Source of the DNA: Geosiphon pyriformis uo1
Lineage: Eukaryota > Fungi > Glomeromycota
Direction of reading: 5' to 3'
Length of the DNA stretch: 64,000 nucleotides
Assembly: GCA_016748015.1 (NCBI GenBank)
Contig: JAAOMT010000599.1
Coordinates: 393,099-457,098, forward strand
The notes under the pieces are model-generated. The model saw only the letters and a list, made by a program, of their open reading frames with translations, had not been told where the DNA came from and made no database searches. Below are positions 36,621-49,914 of this stretch, piece by piece; the first letter of the stretch is position 1, and each line of letters opens with the position of its first letter. A program made the position numbers and the translations under genes.

Positions 36621-37460
36621 CAGTCAGACCTCCATAAAAGAACCCTCGATAAAAGAACAACCTCTTACAAAGAACATTTTTTTATAGAACCAATTGATTA
36701 ATTAACAATTTTCCCTTTATATAAGAACAATCCATAAAAGAACAAGAACATAATTTTATCAAACACTTATTTAAAATTTACCTTTATATAAGAACAAATA
36801 TTACGTGCTAGATGTTAATTGGTAATTGAGAAAAGAGTTAGAACATATTAAATTGATTTTATCCTAACTTTCTTTTAAATCAATTTACATTGGAATTACT
36901 CTTTTTGTTTTTACGTACAGTTATTTAATCTCTATTGTATTCCAATTCAGGCTTGTTAAAACCAAATTTAATATTATTATTATAGGCACATTTTCTAACA
37001 AACTTGCTAAATTATAACAATGTCAGAACTTTTATTTAAAAAACAAAAACAAAGCAGCAGTTAATAATACTCTTTATAAAAAAATTTATCAATATTCCAA
37101 AAATTACTATGATATGAAACATAATATTATTATAGTTTACTTTAATCATAAATATTTAAAACTTCATATTTTTTATCTAACTGTTTCCAAAATAATTAAA
37201 GAACATGCAAAATAGTTGAATATTAAAATTAATAAAATTTCAGAAAGATTTATTTGACACAAAAGTGTTAAATTCTTATTATTAGATCAAGTTTTAAGTT
37301 ATTAGATAGAACAAATAATTGCAGTTATTATTAAATTCAATAATTAATTAATTAAAAAAAAAAATTTGTTAAACTTCTTAATATGCATGAAAATAAAATA
37401 CAATTCTTAAATAAATGGGTTCAAAAATTCAAAAAATAAAATCAGTTACATATTTACTAA
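36621..37460 (+). mobile_element. Decayed pogo/Tigger-like (Tc1-mariner) DNA transposon: left TIR and CENP-B-type HTH region
   Basis: TA|CAGTCAGACCTC terminus; repeated ataa(a)gaac subterminal motifs; ATG at 37020 then ..TVSKIIKE..KF.LLDQ.L..(W)IEQ..N(G)WVQKFKK. Confidence 0.7.
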
Positions 37461-40400
37461 TTTTATAATATTATAAGTAAATTTTTAATGTCAATATTAG
37501 TAATTTTCATAACTTGATATTCAAATTTACTATTATAAATTTTAAAGATTTTTTGAAAAATTTAAATTAAAGTTTTTTGTATAATAAACAAAAATTTAGT
37601 TAATAACAATTAATTATTGATTTAATAATTTTTTTATTTAATAATCAGTTTATTTTGGTGTTTGTATTTTTTTGGTAAATAATCTTAGTTTTTTAATTAT
37701 ATCTATATTCTTTTTTGGTATTTTTTTATTAAGCAATTTTTAATGTTATAATCTCAATACTTTTTTTACAATTAATTAGTAATCCAAAATAAATATAACT
37801 AATAAAATAATAATATAATAATTAGTATTCTATTAATAACTATAATTAAAAATTATTGTTTTAGTATTATTAAGTAATTATTATAGATATTGATAATATT
37901 AATATTATAATAATATAAGTTTTAACATATTAACTTTAAATTTATTAATTAATAAATAAAATAGAGAGTTTTTTTATTAAATAGTTTAATTAATTAGTAA
38001 TGATTAATAAAGTAAAAATAATTAAATTAATTTCAAAGTAAGTTTGTTTTGTTGTTTTGTTTAAAAAATAATTATATATAAATCTTTATAATACAAGATT
38101 TTTAAAATTTTTAAAATTTTTTTATATTATTGTTAAAATTTTTGATATTTATGAAATTTTTAGTATTTTTGTCAGTTTTTCTGTAATTCTTGGAATTTTT
38201 ATTAATAATTTTAAATTTTTAATATTATATATCTTAATAATTTTTTATTTTATTATTGGCTATTTATATTATTATTGGCTATTTATATTATTATTATTTC
38301 TTTATGTTTTTTTTTTATAAATAATATTATTTTTTCTTTTTTTAATATTAAGCTTTTATAAAATTTTCTATGTTTTTTTTTTGAATTAGTTTACTTACTT
38401 TTTTTTTATTATAATTTTAAAAACTTTTGTTTTTAGCTTTTTAAATTATAAGTTAATTATTTTTTTTAATTGATTTATTATTTAGTTTTTTATAACTAAA
38501 TACAATAATATTTTATTGTATTTATAAAAAATTATATATAGTTAATAAATTATTTTTAAGTAGATTATTTTTTATTTATTTATTTATTTAATAAGCACAG
38601 TCTAACCACTATCTAGCATATAGAAACAAAGCAAAATAAATTGAACTAAATATGACTCATGCATTAATAACACATAACCAGCCACTCAGACCAATCAAGA
38701 CAACACTATACACTCATGACAATCCCTTCACCAATATCTAAACTTGAGAAAAACAAACACCACTTCCACATACCAAAACTAACAGCAAAAGATTCAATTA
38801 CACCAAGTATATAAACCATACTCTTAAAAAGCAAGGCAGGTAGGCTGCATATCAGACAAAAAAATCTATCTGTATTACAAATCAGACTGCATTTTTCCAT
38901 ATCAGACCTAAACTTAGATCTTAATAACCATATTCTATTTCAATAGTCCTCAGCCATGTGATAAACAAAATCAACAACTGATAACACAGCCTTCTTTTTA
39001 TTATGAAACATAGAAATTGCCTTTTTAATCCAACTCTTAAATACAAAGTCTTTGCATAAGGCAGTATACACACCAACATCAGTGGCTTTAGAAAGCATAT
39101 TTAATACTAGAGAAAAAACAGAGAGACAATTCCCTATTAGTGACTTCTACAATTCAACATAACAAAAAATAATATCAGAATGTACTAAGGCATCTGTAAG
39201 CAACAAAAAACATGATTAGACACTTTCATATTTTCACACATTAAACACAAAACATTCAGATAATTTTAGTCATATAACTGTTTTCATTTAGCTATAGGCA
39301 ATTTTCTGTGTATAGCTTTTATTAGGTATGTATGCAAAGAAGCAGACTTTTTATTAGTATATCCAGCTAATATATGAAAGTTCAGATGCCAAATTAAGAC
39401 AATACATTCCCAATTTATGGCTCCAATGACTAAACCAGCCAAAACATTCACACTAGGCCTAACCTTCCACATAGTACTACTTATAGTGTGGTAAACATCA
39501 TAGACAAAATGATGAGCATTATCTAAAACTAGTAGTCCATCAGCCAAAAAAAACCATTCACTAATTCCAATAAGGAGAAAAACTCCTAGCTGTAAAGCAG
39601 CACAAGCAAGAATGTCTGTTCAGTCATTGTTAGGAATGTCCGAGTGCTCTTTCATCTTTACTCATCTAACCAAAATGTTTTTAGATTTGATTAAATTAGC
39701 TATATAATGTCTCTCTACCTAAAACTTATTCTGAAAGTTAGGCTAGTTCTGCTCACTTTCTAATAAACATATGGCTAAGACTGTCTGGCTGTCAGTGTGC
39801 AAGATGACTGAACATGATAAAGAAATGCACTTCAGTGCTAGAGCAATTATTTGAATCTTAGATAATATAGATAATAAAAGACTTTGCACTTTAACACCAA
39901 TATTCAATTCAATTTCAGGAAAATAAGCAGCCACACATTTTTAGTATTCAGGCTCCTCAGAGAACCATCAGTGTAAATATTAATTTTTCCTGCCCAAATT
40001 TCATACAACTGTTCATGAACCTCCAAAAACTTGGTAGATTGGAGGAAATCAAATCTTTTCAGGTTAAGAGCCAACCTATTAGAACCCAAAAGCTAATAAT
40101 TCATGTACACAAAAGTCTTATCAAACCAAACTGGAATTGGGCCTCTAGAACTTAATCTTTTTCAATGCCAAAAAATTTTCCAATCCATAACAAATCCATA
40201 CTTGGACAGTAAACAATCACCAAAAGCAATGCCAGAACACTTCAAAGAATAAACTACTTTAAAATAGTAGGCATTACCCAAGATAACTGATATAAAAAAA
40301 CACCTCAAACCACAAAATACATTAGGTAAGTTATTGGCAAAAGATATTTTTGCATTCCGAAAAATTCTAACAACATCTGCAAGGAAATTATTTATAGAGT

Positions 40401-42653
40401 TGATTTTTAACTTAACCAGATAACATAATGAATTCAAAGATGTTTAACCCAAAACTTACAAATCCAAAGTCTGGTGTTCAAATAATTGGCCAAGAATTTC
40501 AGATGTATTAGAAAATCCAACCATTAAAGCAATCTTGGTCTCAGCCTGCACCTGCTCAAAAGACTTCAAATCATATAAACACAGATAATGTAAAGCTTCA
40601 CTAGAAAAATCTTTTGATAAGTAAGCTTTAGACCTAAGTCTCTTTCTTATTACAATGTCCTATTTTTGACACACACACTTAGCAATAAAATTGAACTGTA
40701 TACAATAACTGACAATAAGCTGGAGAACTACAAAAACCAGGTAACAAAATTGTTTGTTTAATACCACTTTCCTCAGAACCATACCCAAAAAAAACCTAAC
40801 ATTTACATGTGCTTTTACAAAACTTGGCTTAGAAAGATCTTCTGTTAATAAAAAAATGCTTAAGTATCTATAAGACTCACCTTTTCTTGCTATGGAAATA
40901 GGTTGACCACTAATATACAAGAAAACATTTACTACTTTTTGGTTAATAGGAATTACTACCATTTTGTTATTATTGATAGAAATGTTATTAATCCTAAAAA
41001 ACTTGCTGGTAATATTCAGGATATATTAAATTGAAGCCTGGCCATTGCCCACCTATATTATGTTATTAACAAAGACACCAGCAGCAAAAAATAAAGACAT
41101 ACCTCCACTAACCTCCAATATACTAGTTTTTGTCACAAAGTTAGAGTTGATCCTGTATCTGCACAATTGCTCTTGTCTTTTAATTTCACACAACAAAGAA
41201 TTATAAAAAATTCTCCAAAAGAGAGGAGAGAAAACTTCTCCCTTATTCAAACCATTACAGACTCTGTACTTATTTGAAAAACCGAAATCAGTCATAACTC
41301 TATTAACCCTGTTTTCATGAATGTTACCAAAAAACTTTATGAATCTACCACACATCTTGATATATTCCAGATTAGATCTCAAATGATGCCATCTAACTGA
41401 ATCATAAGCTTTGTGTATGTTCTACAACACCAACCATATTTCTTGATCCTTTTCTAAGACATTTTCAATAACCAATCCAACAGCAAACACAAGAAAATGA
41501 GTTAAAGTGCTTCTTAACACCGAAAAGTTGTCATCATGAAGAATATTTTGATTACTATATACACACAAAATTTGATCAGATAAAATTTTTGAGAGAATTT
41601 TTCTTGCAGTTTTGATCAATACAATAGGTCTGGTGTTTGTAAAAATGTCATCTCAATCATAAGACTTGGGAATTATAAAAACCCATGCTTTTTTTCAAAA
41701 AACTGAAATATCACTAAGTAACACACACAAATTCAACAACTCCAAAAAACAAGCCATTATGTTATTACTATTGTGTTTTCATAATTCATTAGATATATCA
41801 AAAAGACCAGCAGTTTTGCTATTAAGTAATTTATTAACAACCAAAGACAACTTACTCAAACTAATGTTATACATCATCTTTGAAAAAGCATCATCATTCA
41901 CATGATCTAATGGAACATATTGTTAGACCCATAAGTCAGACAAAGCTGTAAAAATTTTCTGCTTATGAGTTTAATTCACTATAATCTTATTCACCTTAAA
42001 CTTAACTTCATCTGGTTCCAAAATCAACTCATTATTAATTATCAAGTAATTAAGCACAACTTTGTGGAACAGATGCTCCAAAATGCTTCTAATTATACCA
42101 CCTTTATTTGAATTAAAATCACTCATCTTTTTTTCTATTGCATTCCTAATTGATTTACTTTTGGCTATCTCTAATTCATAGTACTTTGACTTACAATAAC
42201 TCTTCTTAATATTTGATAAATATTCAATTAAATCTGCTGATTTTGTATTGTCTAGAAGCATAACTACGACCTTAAAAGTCTTAACATTATCAAGTTTTAA
42301 CCAAATCTAAACAAGTCAATCAAACTCAGATTTTTTACTCAAGTTTAAACACTTTATAATCTTAGTAATCAGAACCTCTAATCTAAAAAATTTAGAAATC
42401 TGCTTGTTTTTTGAGCAGTTAAAATCACAGAACCAATGTCTAAAAAAAACTTTATCAGCTAAATTACACACCACACTCTTTAGCACATTCCATATTATTT
42501 TCAGATCTTTTTTTCCACTTGCCATCTTGAAAGATAACAGAGCTTTAAACAACAAAAATGAAAAATATTTTGAGAAATGTGTCCATTTAGTCTCATCTGT
42601 GTCTTTAAATCAAAACTTCTACTGATTATAATTAGCTTGTTTACAAATGCTGT

Positions 42654-43489
42654 TGTTACAGGTGATTATTTGGGGTCTCAAGTTAAATAACAAATCCGTA
42701 ACTTGGTGCTCAAATCTAATTGCAATGAATAGTGATCTGAAGGTTTGTATCTGAAGGTTTTTGGTTGAGTTTTTTGTATAATGAACAGAGATTCAATGGT
42801 GATAGTTTTATCTATAGCTTCCCGAAACTGCAGTTTTGTCAATTTCTTTCTCAGCTTGGTGGCCGGTATTCCTCCTGGTAAGCTATCCTCAATCAAATGT
42901 TCTACTCTTATTTCTAGGTCTTTTACCAATCACGTTTATCCTGACATTAGTGTCCCATGTGTTAATTCTCAATAGAGTTAGTAAACAACAATAAAATCAA
43001 AGCAAGAAAATAAAGAAAAGAAAAGAAAATAAAGAAAGAAAAGAAATAAACCAAGGTGATTTGCAAATTAGTATTCCATCAATAGCCATGATCAAGAGCT
43101 ATTGTTCCAGTATGGTTAAGTGTTGATTACTATCAACATGAAGTGTTGATAGTGAAAATGGATTTAAGATAACAGATAGTAATTTATTAGATGGTTGTAA
43201 TTTGGAGAGTTGCTTAGATTAAATCTAAACTGGAGAGGTTTTTTTTCTTAGCTTCTAATCTTACTGCTATATATACATAATTAAAATTCCTCAATTCCTC
43301 AATTTCTTGCAACAGGAATCCTGGAATTCCTAGAATTCTGCGATTTCTGATGAAAAGAATCTTGAAATTCCTGGAATCCTGCAATTCTTCTGAGAGGAAT
43401 TCTGGAATTCCACATTTACTATGTTTACATCTGATTGGCTAATATCTACTAACTAATAATACTATATTTCCTATATTTTATGAGTAACA
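42654..43489 (-). mobile_element. Solo LTR, family A, with perfect 4-bp TSD CTGT
   Basis: ctgt|tgttacagg...gagtaaca|ctgt. Confidence 0.92.
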
Positions 43490-45319
43490 CTGTTAAGACA
43501 CACATCCAACAAACCTCTCAGACCAACTAAAACCACAATTATATCATGATCTGTATCAAAAAATTCTGAAACTGAACCAATCTTACATCCAACTATAGCC
43601 AAAAAAAGATTTTCATTCACAAAAATAAAGTTTATAACCTTCTCAACATCTCTGGAATTTCTCTAAGTGGTTGATTTATTCAATAGATGGCTTCTCAACA
43701 AATTGATCAACCCTATATCTGAACATTTCATGAAACTTGCACTTTTCTTAGAACCATTCTTATTGAAATCACCACTCAGAATCATAAATGAACTAGTGTT
43801 AATGGCTTTAAAGAGAAATGAGTTAACACCAAAAGCTTAAGCAAATTGTGTCTTGGATAAAGCACCAGCATACAAATCCAGAAACATAACAGAAAGTTTG
43901 TTTTTAAACAACAACCAAACAGAAAAAACTCTACTAGAAATTTCATCAATCTTTGTTACATGTTGAGCCAGAGAACAGTTCATAATAATAGTCACACCTG
44001 TACCAAAATAATTCACACCCAAGCTAAAGATAAAAATACAAATACCTTCAAACTTATTTTTGATCTACAGACTATTGTTTGCTTTCAACTTAGTTTTAGT
44101 AAAAATTGAAACAATTGTTATCTGAGTAGAAAAAAACTGATCCAAAGTTATGAAAAAACATGACCAGAATGTAACATAACACAGAATAGCATGCAATAAT
44201 GTAGGATAATATGTTATAACTTAAGATAGTACAAGATAATATGTTATAATATAGAATAACACAGAATAATATAGAATAACATCAGATAATGTGTTATAAC
44301 ATAAGATAACTAGTAATAATGTTGTTACTGGAGGTTTTTGGTCTCTTCTTAGCTCTTGTATGTTTGTTGTAATGCTGTTAATTTACGACTATGGAAAGTG
44401 TTTGAACCTCCGATAACTGAATTTATTCTTTTGAATTATCTCCTATAATTCGAATTGCTGAGTTTATAGTGAAATGGCCAATTCCATGCCAGTTACTTGT
44501 ATAGTTATGTTGTAGTAAACGTCGACTTTTTTCCAGGAAATGCTCATCTGGAAGCTTACTAAAATTGTGTAGTTACTTTGCTGTGAAAGTCAACTCTTCT
44601 ACAGGAATCTTGTTTGCAGGCTACCCTTAATGATTATGATAAAAAAAAGAAAAAGAAAAGAAAGAAAATGTAAAAGAAAATGAAAGATGATTTAGGAAAG
44701 TCGTTTCAGATCCAGGCCTGAAAGTGTTTTTACAGTTTACTGAAATTGATAGCTAGTCAATTTCAAACTGTTAGTAGGAATTGGTTAATTTCAAGAGAAA
44801 TAATTAAGAATTTGGTTTTTCAAATTATTTTGATATTTATTTTGTTTTTGTGTGTATAGGAATGGTTTTTAAATTGATAAATCTAAAGTAAGATACATTT
44901 TCTCGAAGAGAGAAGCTCTTCTTTTATACAACTTGTCATAATACTATTCTATAAACTTGAATTTTGCTCTTTTTTACAATTTTGCTGAACTAAAGATACA
45001 TTTTGGTGAATTATAAGTTATTTCTGCGAACTATTAGATATTTTGGTGAACTATCAATTATTTTAGTAAATTTCTACAAATTTTGGCAAACTTTTGAATG
45101 TTACATAGTTCAGGGTATTGCATGATTGATTATCACAATTATGTTACATTTGTGTTATGTACAAATTAGGTTATTAATTAAATGATAATTTCGGATATTT
45201 TTCTAAATGTAATAAGTAATAATTGAAATGATAATATATGCTAATTAATAATAGGAATTATAAGAGTAATTTTATGCTAAATAATATCTCTAATTTTGTC
45301 TGATAATATAACCTCCTCC

Positions 45320-46030
45320 TCAAGACTGAGCTCCATCGAAGTTCAAGTACTGTCTGTAATTTCCAGATAGTAGTCCAAGATTATTGAAAAAATTTGGTCT
45401 GAAAATTGTTGAAATTTCAGTTCTGTGAGCTTTCTAATGTATTGAATCTTTAAGAGTTGTAAAATTGGGTTTTGTAAGACGTTTTCACAGATGTGAAATA
45501 GGTTGTAAAGTCTAAAGACAGCTCTGAGCTTGTAGCAACTGTTTGTTAGTCCAGCTGTTGTCTTGAATTTGTTGTGGAGTTGTTTCTGAATAGCTTCTTT
45601 TGTGAGGTTTGCTGTTGTAAGTTCCAGTTTTTGTTCGTAAAGTGTTTTTCCAATGTGAAAATATCTATAAATTGGAGGGTATTCGGTGCTTTCCTTATTG
45701 AGACACAGTTGAAGTCTTTGTTGAATTATAGCATTTGGTGGAATACTAATCAGAGTAAGCATTAAGTTTTCTCTTAAAGCAAGCTTTAAAAGTTCTGGCA
45801 GGTGAATTCCAGAATAACTTCTTGTGTTTTTTTTATAAGGGTGATATTTTTGTGAATTTAGGGCTAAATTTGTAACTACTTCTGTTTGGGTATAATTAAT
45901 GTGGTTTCCAGTAACAGTAATAGATAATTTGGGTATTGTTTTTAAAGCTAACATTAGTTTTTGAGATAATTGTTAATTGTTTTAAGAGATAGTTATTATA
46001 AGAGAATTGAATTAAAAGAAAAATAAATTG
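45320..46030 (-). pseudogene. ORF3 homolog of family B (start approximate)
   Basis: 203-aa track ORF with YRYFHIG...AVFRLYNLF...IRKLT, aligning by eye to ORF3 of A1 and A2; NFDGAQS* before the PPT. Confidence 0.65.
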
Positions 46031-49000
46031 AAATTATTTTTGGTGTGTGGGTTTTTATGTTTATTTTTGATTTTGTTTTCAGTGTTTTTGTTATGTTTTT
46101 GTGGAATTGTTTCTAAATTATAAGGGAATAACTATAGTAATATATATTATTTAGGTGTTCAAGTTGGGAGGTTGTTAATGACAACTATTGGTTCTAAATT
46201 TTGGGGAATATCTTTAGGATTAATTAAAAGGGAATGTGTACCAATTTGTGAAATTAATGATTCAAGATTGTTTCTGGAATGATAGTGTTTCAAACAATCT
46301 GCATGTGCAACTTTTGCTAGGATTTTGTTATCAAGTCTTAACTTGTATGATCTATTGCCTAGAATTTTATGGATAAAAAATGGTCTATCCCATTTATTTT
46401 CAAATTTTTCACTCCATTGTTTTTCAGCCTTAGTTCTATGTAAGAGAACTTTGTTTCCAACTTTAAATTTGTTGATGACTGATGGCAATTTGTTGTCATG
46501 CTATTCTTTTTGTTGAGCTTAGGAGTGTTCAATATGGGTTGCCGCTATTTGTCGTTTTCCTTCCAATGTGCTAAGCAGAGTGTAGGCTCTTCGCTGTAGT
46601 GTTTCCTGAAAGTTGTCTTCATTAATTGGTTGTACTAAGTATGTTTCCACTGTGAAACTAATTGGTAATGTTGCTGTTTTTCCATAGGTTAAATCAAATG
46701 GTATGTGTTTTGTGGTATCTTGTTTTAGTGTTCTATATGCTAGTAACACTGATGGAATAAAGATATCCCATTCTTGCTTAAAATCAGTTGAAACTTTGGC
46801 TAATGATTCACACAATGTTCTGTTGAAACATTCTACAAGTTTATTTGTTTGTGGATGGTAGGGCGAAGATAATGGTCTTTTGACATTGAATTGTTCACAA
46901 ATTTTTTGTATTAAGTTGTTTACAAAATGTGTTCCTTGGTCAGATAAAAGTTCAATTGGGTATCCATGTCTACAAATAATGTCTTCATAGATGAAGTTTG
47001 CTACTGATTTTGCATCTGCTCATTGAATAGCTCTGACTTTGGGCCATTTGGTGAAATAGTCTATAGCTACTGCAATATAACAGTTTCCTTGGTTGGTAAT
47101 AGGTAGCAGTTCTACTAAATCAATACCAACTCAGTCAAAAAGCTGTCCAACTTTAATTGGGTTTAAAGGTTCTGTAGGGCGAGTTCTTCCTTTTCTTTGA
47201 CAGCTATCACAAGATTTGACATATTCGTGGATGTCTCTTCTTATTCAGGGCCAAAAGTAGTGTTCTAATGTTCTTTGGGTGGTACTATCTTTTCCTAAAT
47301 GTGCTGATGAAAGGTCTGAGTGCATGTTGTATAAGATAGTTTCCTTTTTGTTTTCCTGTATTAATCTGATTGGTTTGTCTGGATTTTTGAAGTTTCAATA
47401 ATAAATAATATTGTTGTGTAGAAAATATTGTTTGGCTTGTTGTTGTAATTGGTGTTTTTCATCTGAAGACCAATCTGTTGGGATTGTTAATGTCTCCAAA
47501 TATTGTTTGAGTTTGTTGTAGTTTTCAGGGTTTATTGTTTGTGGGCTGTTTTTGTTGATTGGGTTAGGCGTTGGCTTGTGTTTTTCTAATCTTGTCTCAT
47601 TTTTAAGAGACAGTCAACATTGGTGTAGAGTTTTCCCAGTTTGTGGTGCACTATATATCAATAGTTTGCTAAGAATCTTATCTATCGGGTTTGTTTTGCA
47701 TTGAGTTGGGTATTTTTGTTTTGTAACTATTTGAGTCCAATATTATCAGTAATAATATCGAATTCTTTAGGTCTGAAATAAAGGTTAAAGTGGTGTAGGG
47801 CCCAAATTATGGCTGCTGTTTCTAGTTCTGTGGCAGGGTAGTTTTTCTTAGCTGGTTTTAATGTTCTGCTAGCATAAACAATTACTCGCTTATTTCCATT
47901 GTCATCTAATTATAATAAAATGGCACCAAAAGCAGTATATAAGGCATCTGTAGCTAGTCAAAATTGGTTGCTAAAATCAGAATAGGCGAGAATTGGAGCT
48001 GTTGTAAGCTTTTCCTTGAGAATTTCAAAGGCTTTTTGGTGTTCAATGGTCCATTTGTATTCAACGTTTTTGGTAGTAAGCTGGTTGAAAGGTTTTGTGA
48101 TTTCTGAGAATCCTTTGATGAATTTCCAATAATAAGAGGCTAATCCAATGAATTTTCTCAGTTCGGTAGTGTTTTGGGGAGTTTTAAAGTTTTTGACAGT
48201 GCTAATTTTTTCTGGATCAGGTTTGATTCCATCCTTGTTGACAATATGGCCAAGAAAGGCCAAACTTGTTTTTCCAAAATAGCATTTCTCAATGTTTAGT
48301 TTCAATTCTGCTTTCCATAATTATTGAAAAACTTTTTGCAGATGTTTTAAGTATAATTCAAAAGATGAAGAATAAACATTGGTATTATCGAGATAAACAA
48401 CTACTAATTTCCAAAGGAGTCCTTTGTATACAATATCCATAAGCCTTTGGAATGTTGCTGGTGCATTGCATAATTTAAAAGGCATTACGTTGAACTCGTA
48501 ATTTTTTCTTTGTGTAGTGAAAGCAGTTTTGGGGTGATCTTTGGGATCCATGACAACTTGCCAATATCTGCTTTCCAAATCTAGAGTTGAAAAGTATTTG
48601 GACTTTCCAAGGGCATCTAACATGTCATCAATTTGGGGAAGAGGGTAGGCATCTCCAATAGTAACACTGTTGAGTTGTCAGTAATCAACACAAAATCGTA
48701 TCTTTTTATTTTTTTTTTAATTAGGACCACAGGTGAGGCCCATGGACTCATTGACGGTTGAATAAGCTCATTGTTAAGCATCCATTGTACTTCTTCTCAG
48801 ATAAATTGGTGACTTTCTGAAGCAACTCAGTAGACTTGTTGTCGCCTTGGTTTGGCATCTCCTATATAGATTTGGTGTTAAACCAAATTGGTTCTCCCTA
48901 AGTTATTGTTGTTTTCAGCAAAGATGTCAGTGTATTCTGAAATTAGCTCTTTGAGCTGGTTCTGTTGTCATGATTCAAGTTGTCCCATGTTAATTCAAGA

Positions 49001-49542
49001 TAGTTTTTCCATAACAACATGGTAGTTTTCAGAGCTAGGGTTTGGGTTGATTTTTGGTAGTGAATGTCCAATAATTTCAGAGAAATTGAGGACTGTTTGG
49101 GATAATTCTTGTTGAAAGATATTACTGTGAATAACTCCAATTTCTAAGTTATTTAATAAAACTATGAGATAATTATTGGGATTGTAAAAAATAACTCAGA
49201 CTTTCTTTGTTCCTTCTGGGATGTAAATATTTGGGATCAAGATATTATGTTCCAAGCAGATTTGTTCATTGGACTCAAAAATTTGTTGTGTAGTTGTTGG
49301 CTTTAGACAGGTATAGATTTCAGGGTGTTCTCCAAAAGGTAAAATAGTGATTGGTTGGGGAAGGCATAAAATTTGATGAGACTTATTTTGTTTATTGAAA
49401 GCTATGTTTACTGGAACTGTAAATCATCCAGTTGAACCAAAACTTTGTGTTCCTCTTTCACTTTTTCCCAATTGTTCTCTTTTATTGACTAATTGTAAGC
49501 CCGAAATGTTGATTAAGAGTAAATAAATAACTTGAGCAATTT

Positions 49543-49914
49543 TCTTGGCATATTCAATTTTGAAAGGCTTATCAGTTTCATTTTGTAATATTATTGTAAT
49601 GTCTCCTGTATATCCGGCATCTATAATTCCTCTTCTAATGTTAATTCTTTTGTTTGCCAAGAATGATTGGAAAGTGATTTAAACCATTGCTCCTAGTAGA
49701 ATTTCGAGAGCAATTTTGAAGTTGATCTTGGCATATTCAATTTTGAAAGGCTTATCAGTTTCATTTTGTAATATTATTGTAATGTCTCCTGTATATCCGG
49801 CATCTATAATTCCTCTTCTAATGTTAATTCTTTTGTTTGCCAAGAATGATTGGAAAGTGATTTAAACCATTGCTCCTAGTAGAATTTCGAGAGCAATTTT
49901 GAAGTTGATCTTGG
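49543..49914. repeat. Perfect 183-bp tandem duplication inside the dUTPase of B1
   Basis: tcttgg at 49543, 49726 and 49909; the two units are identical by eye. Confidence 0.9.
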
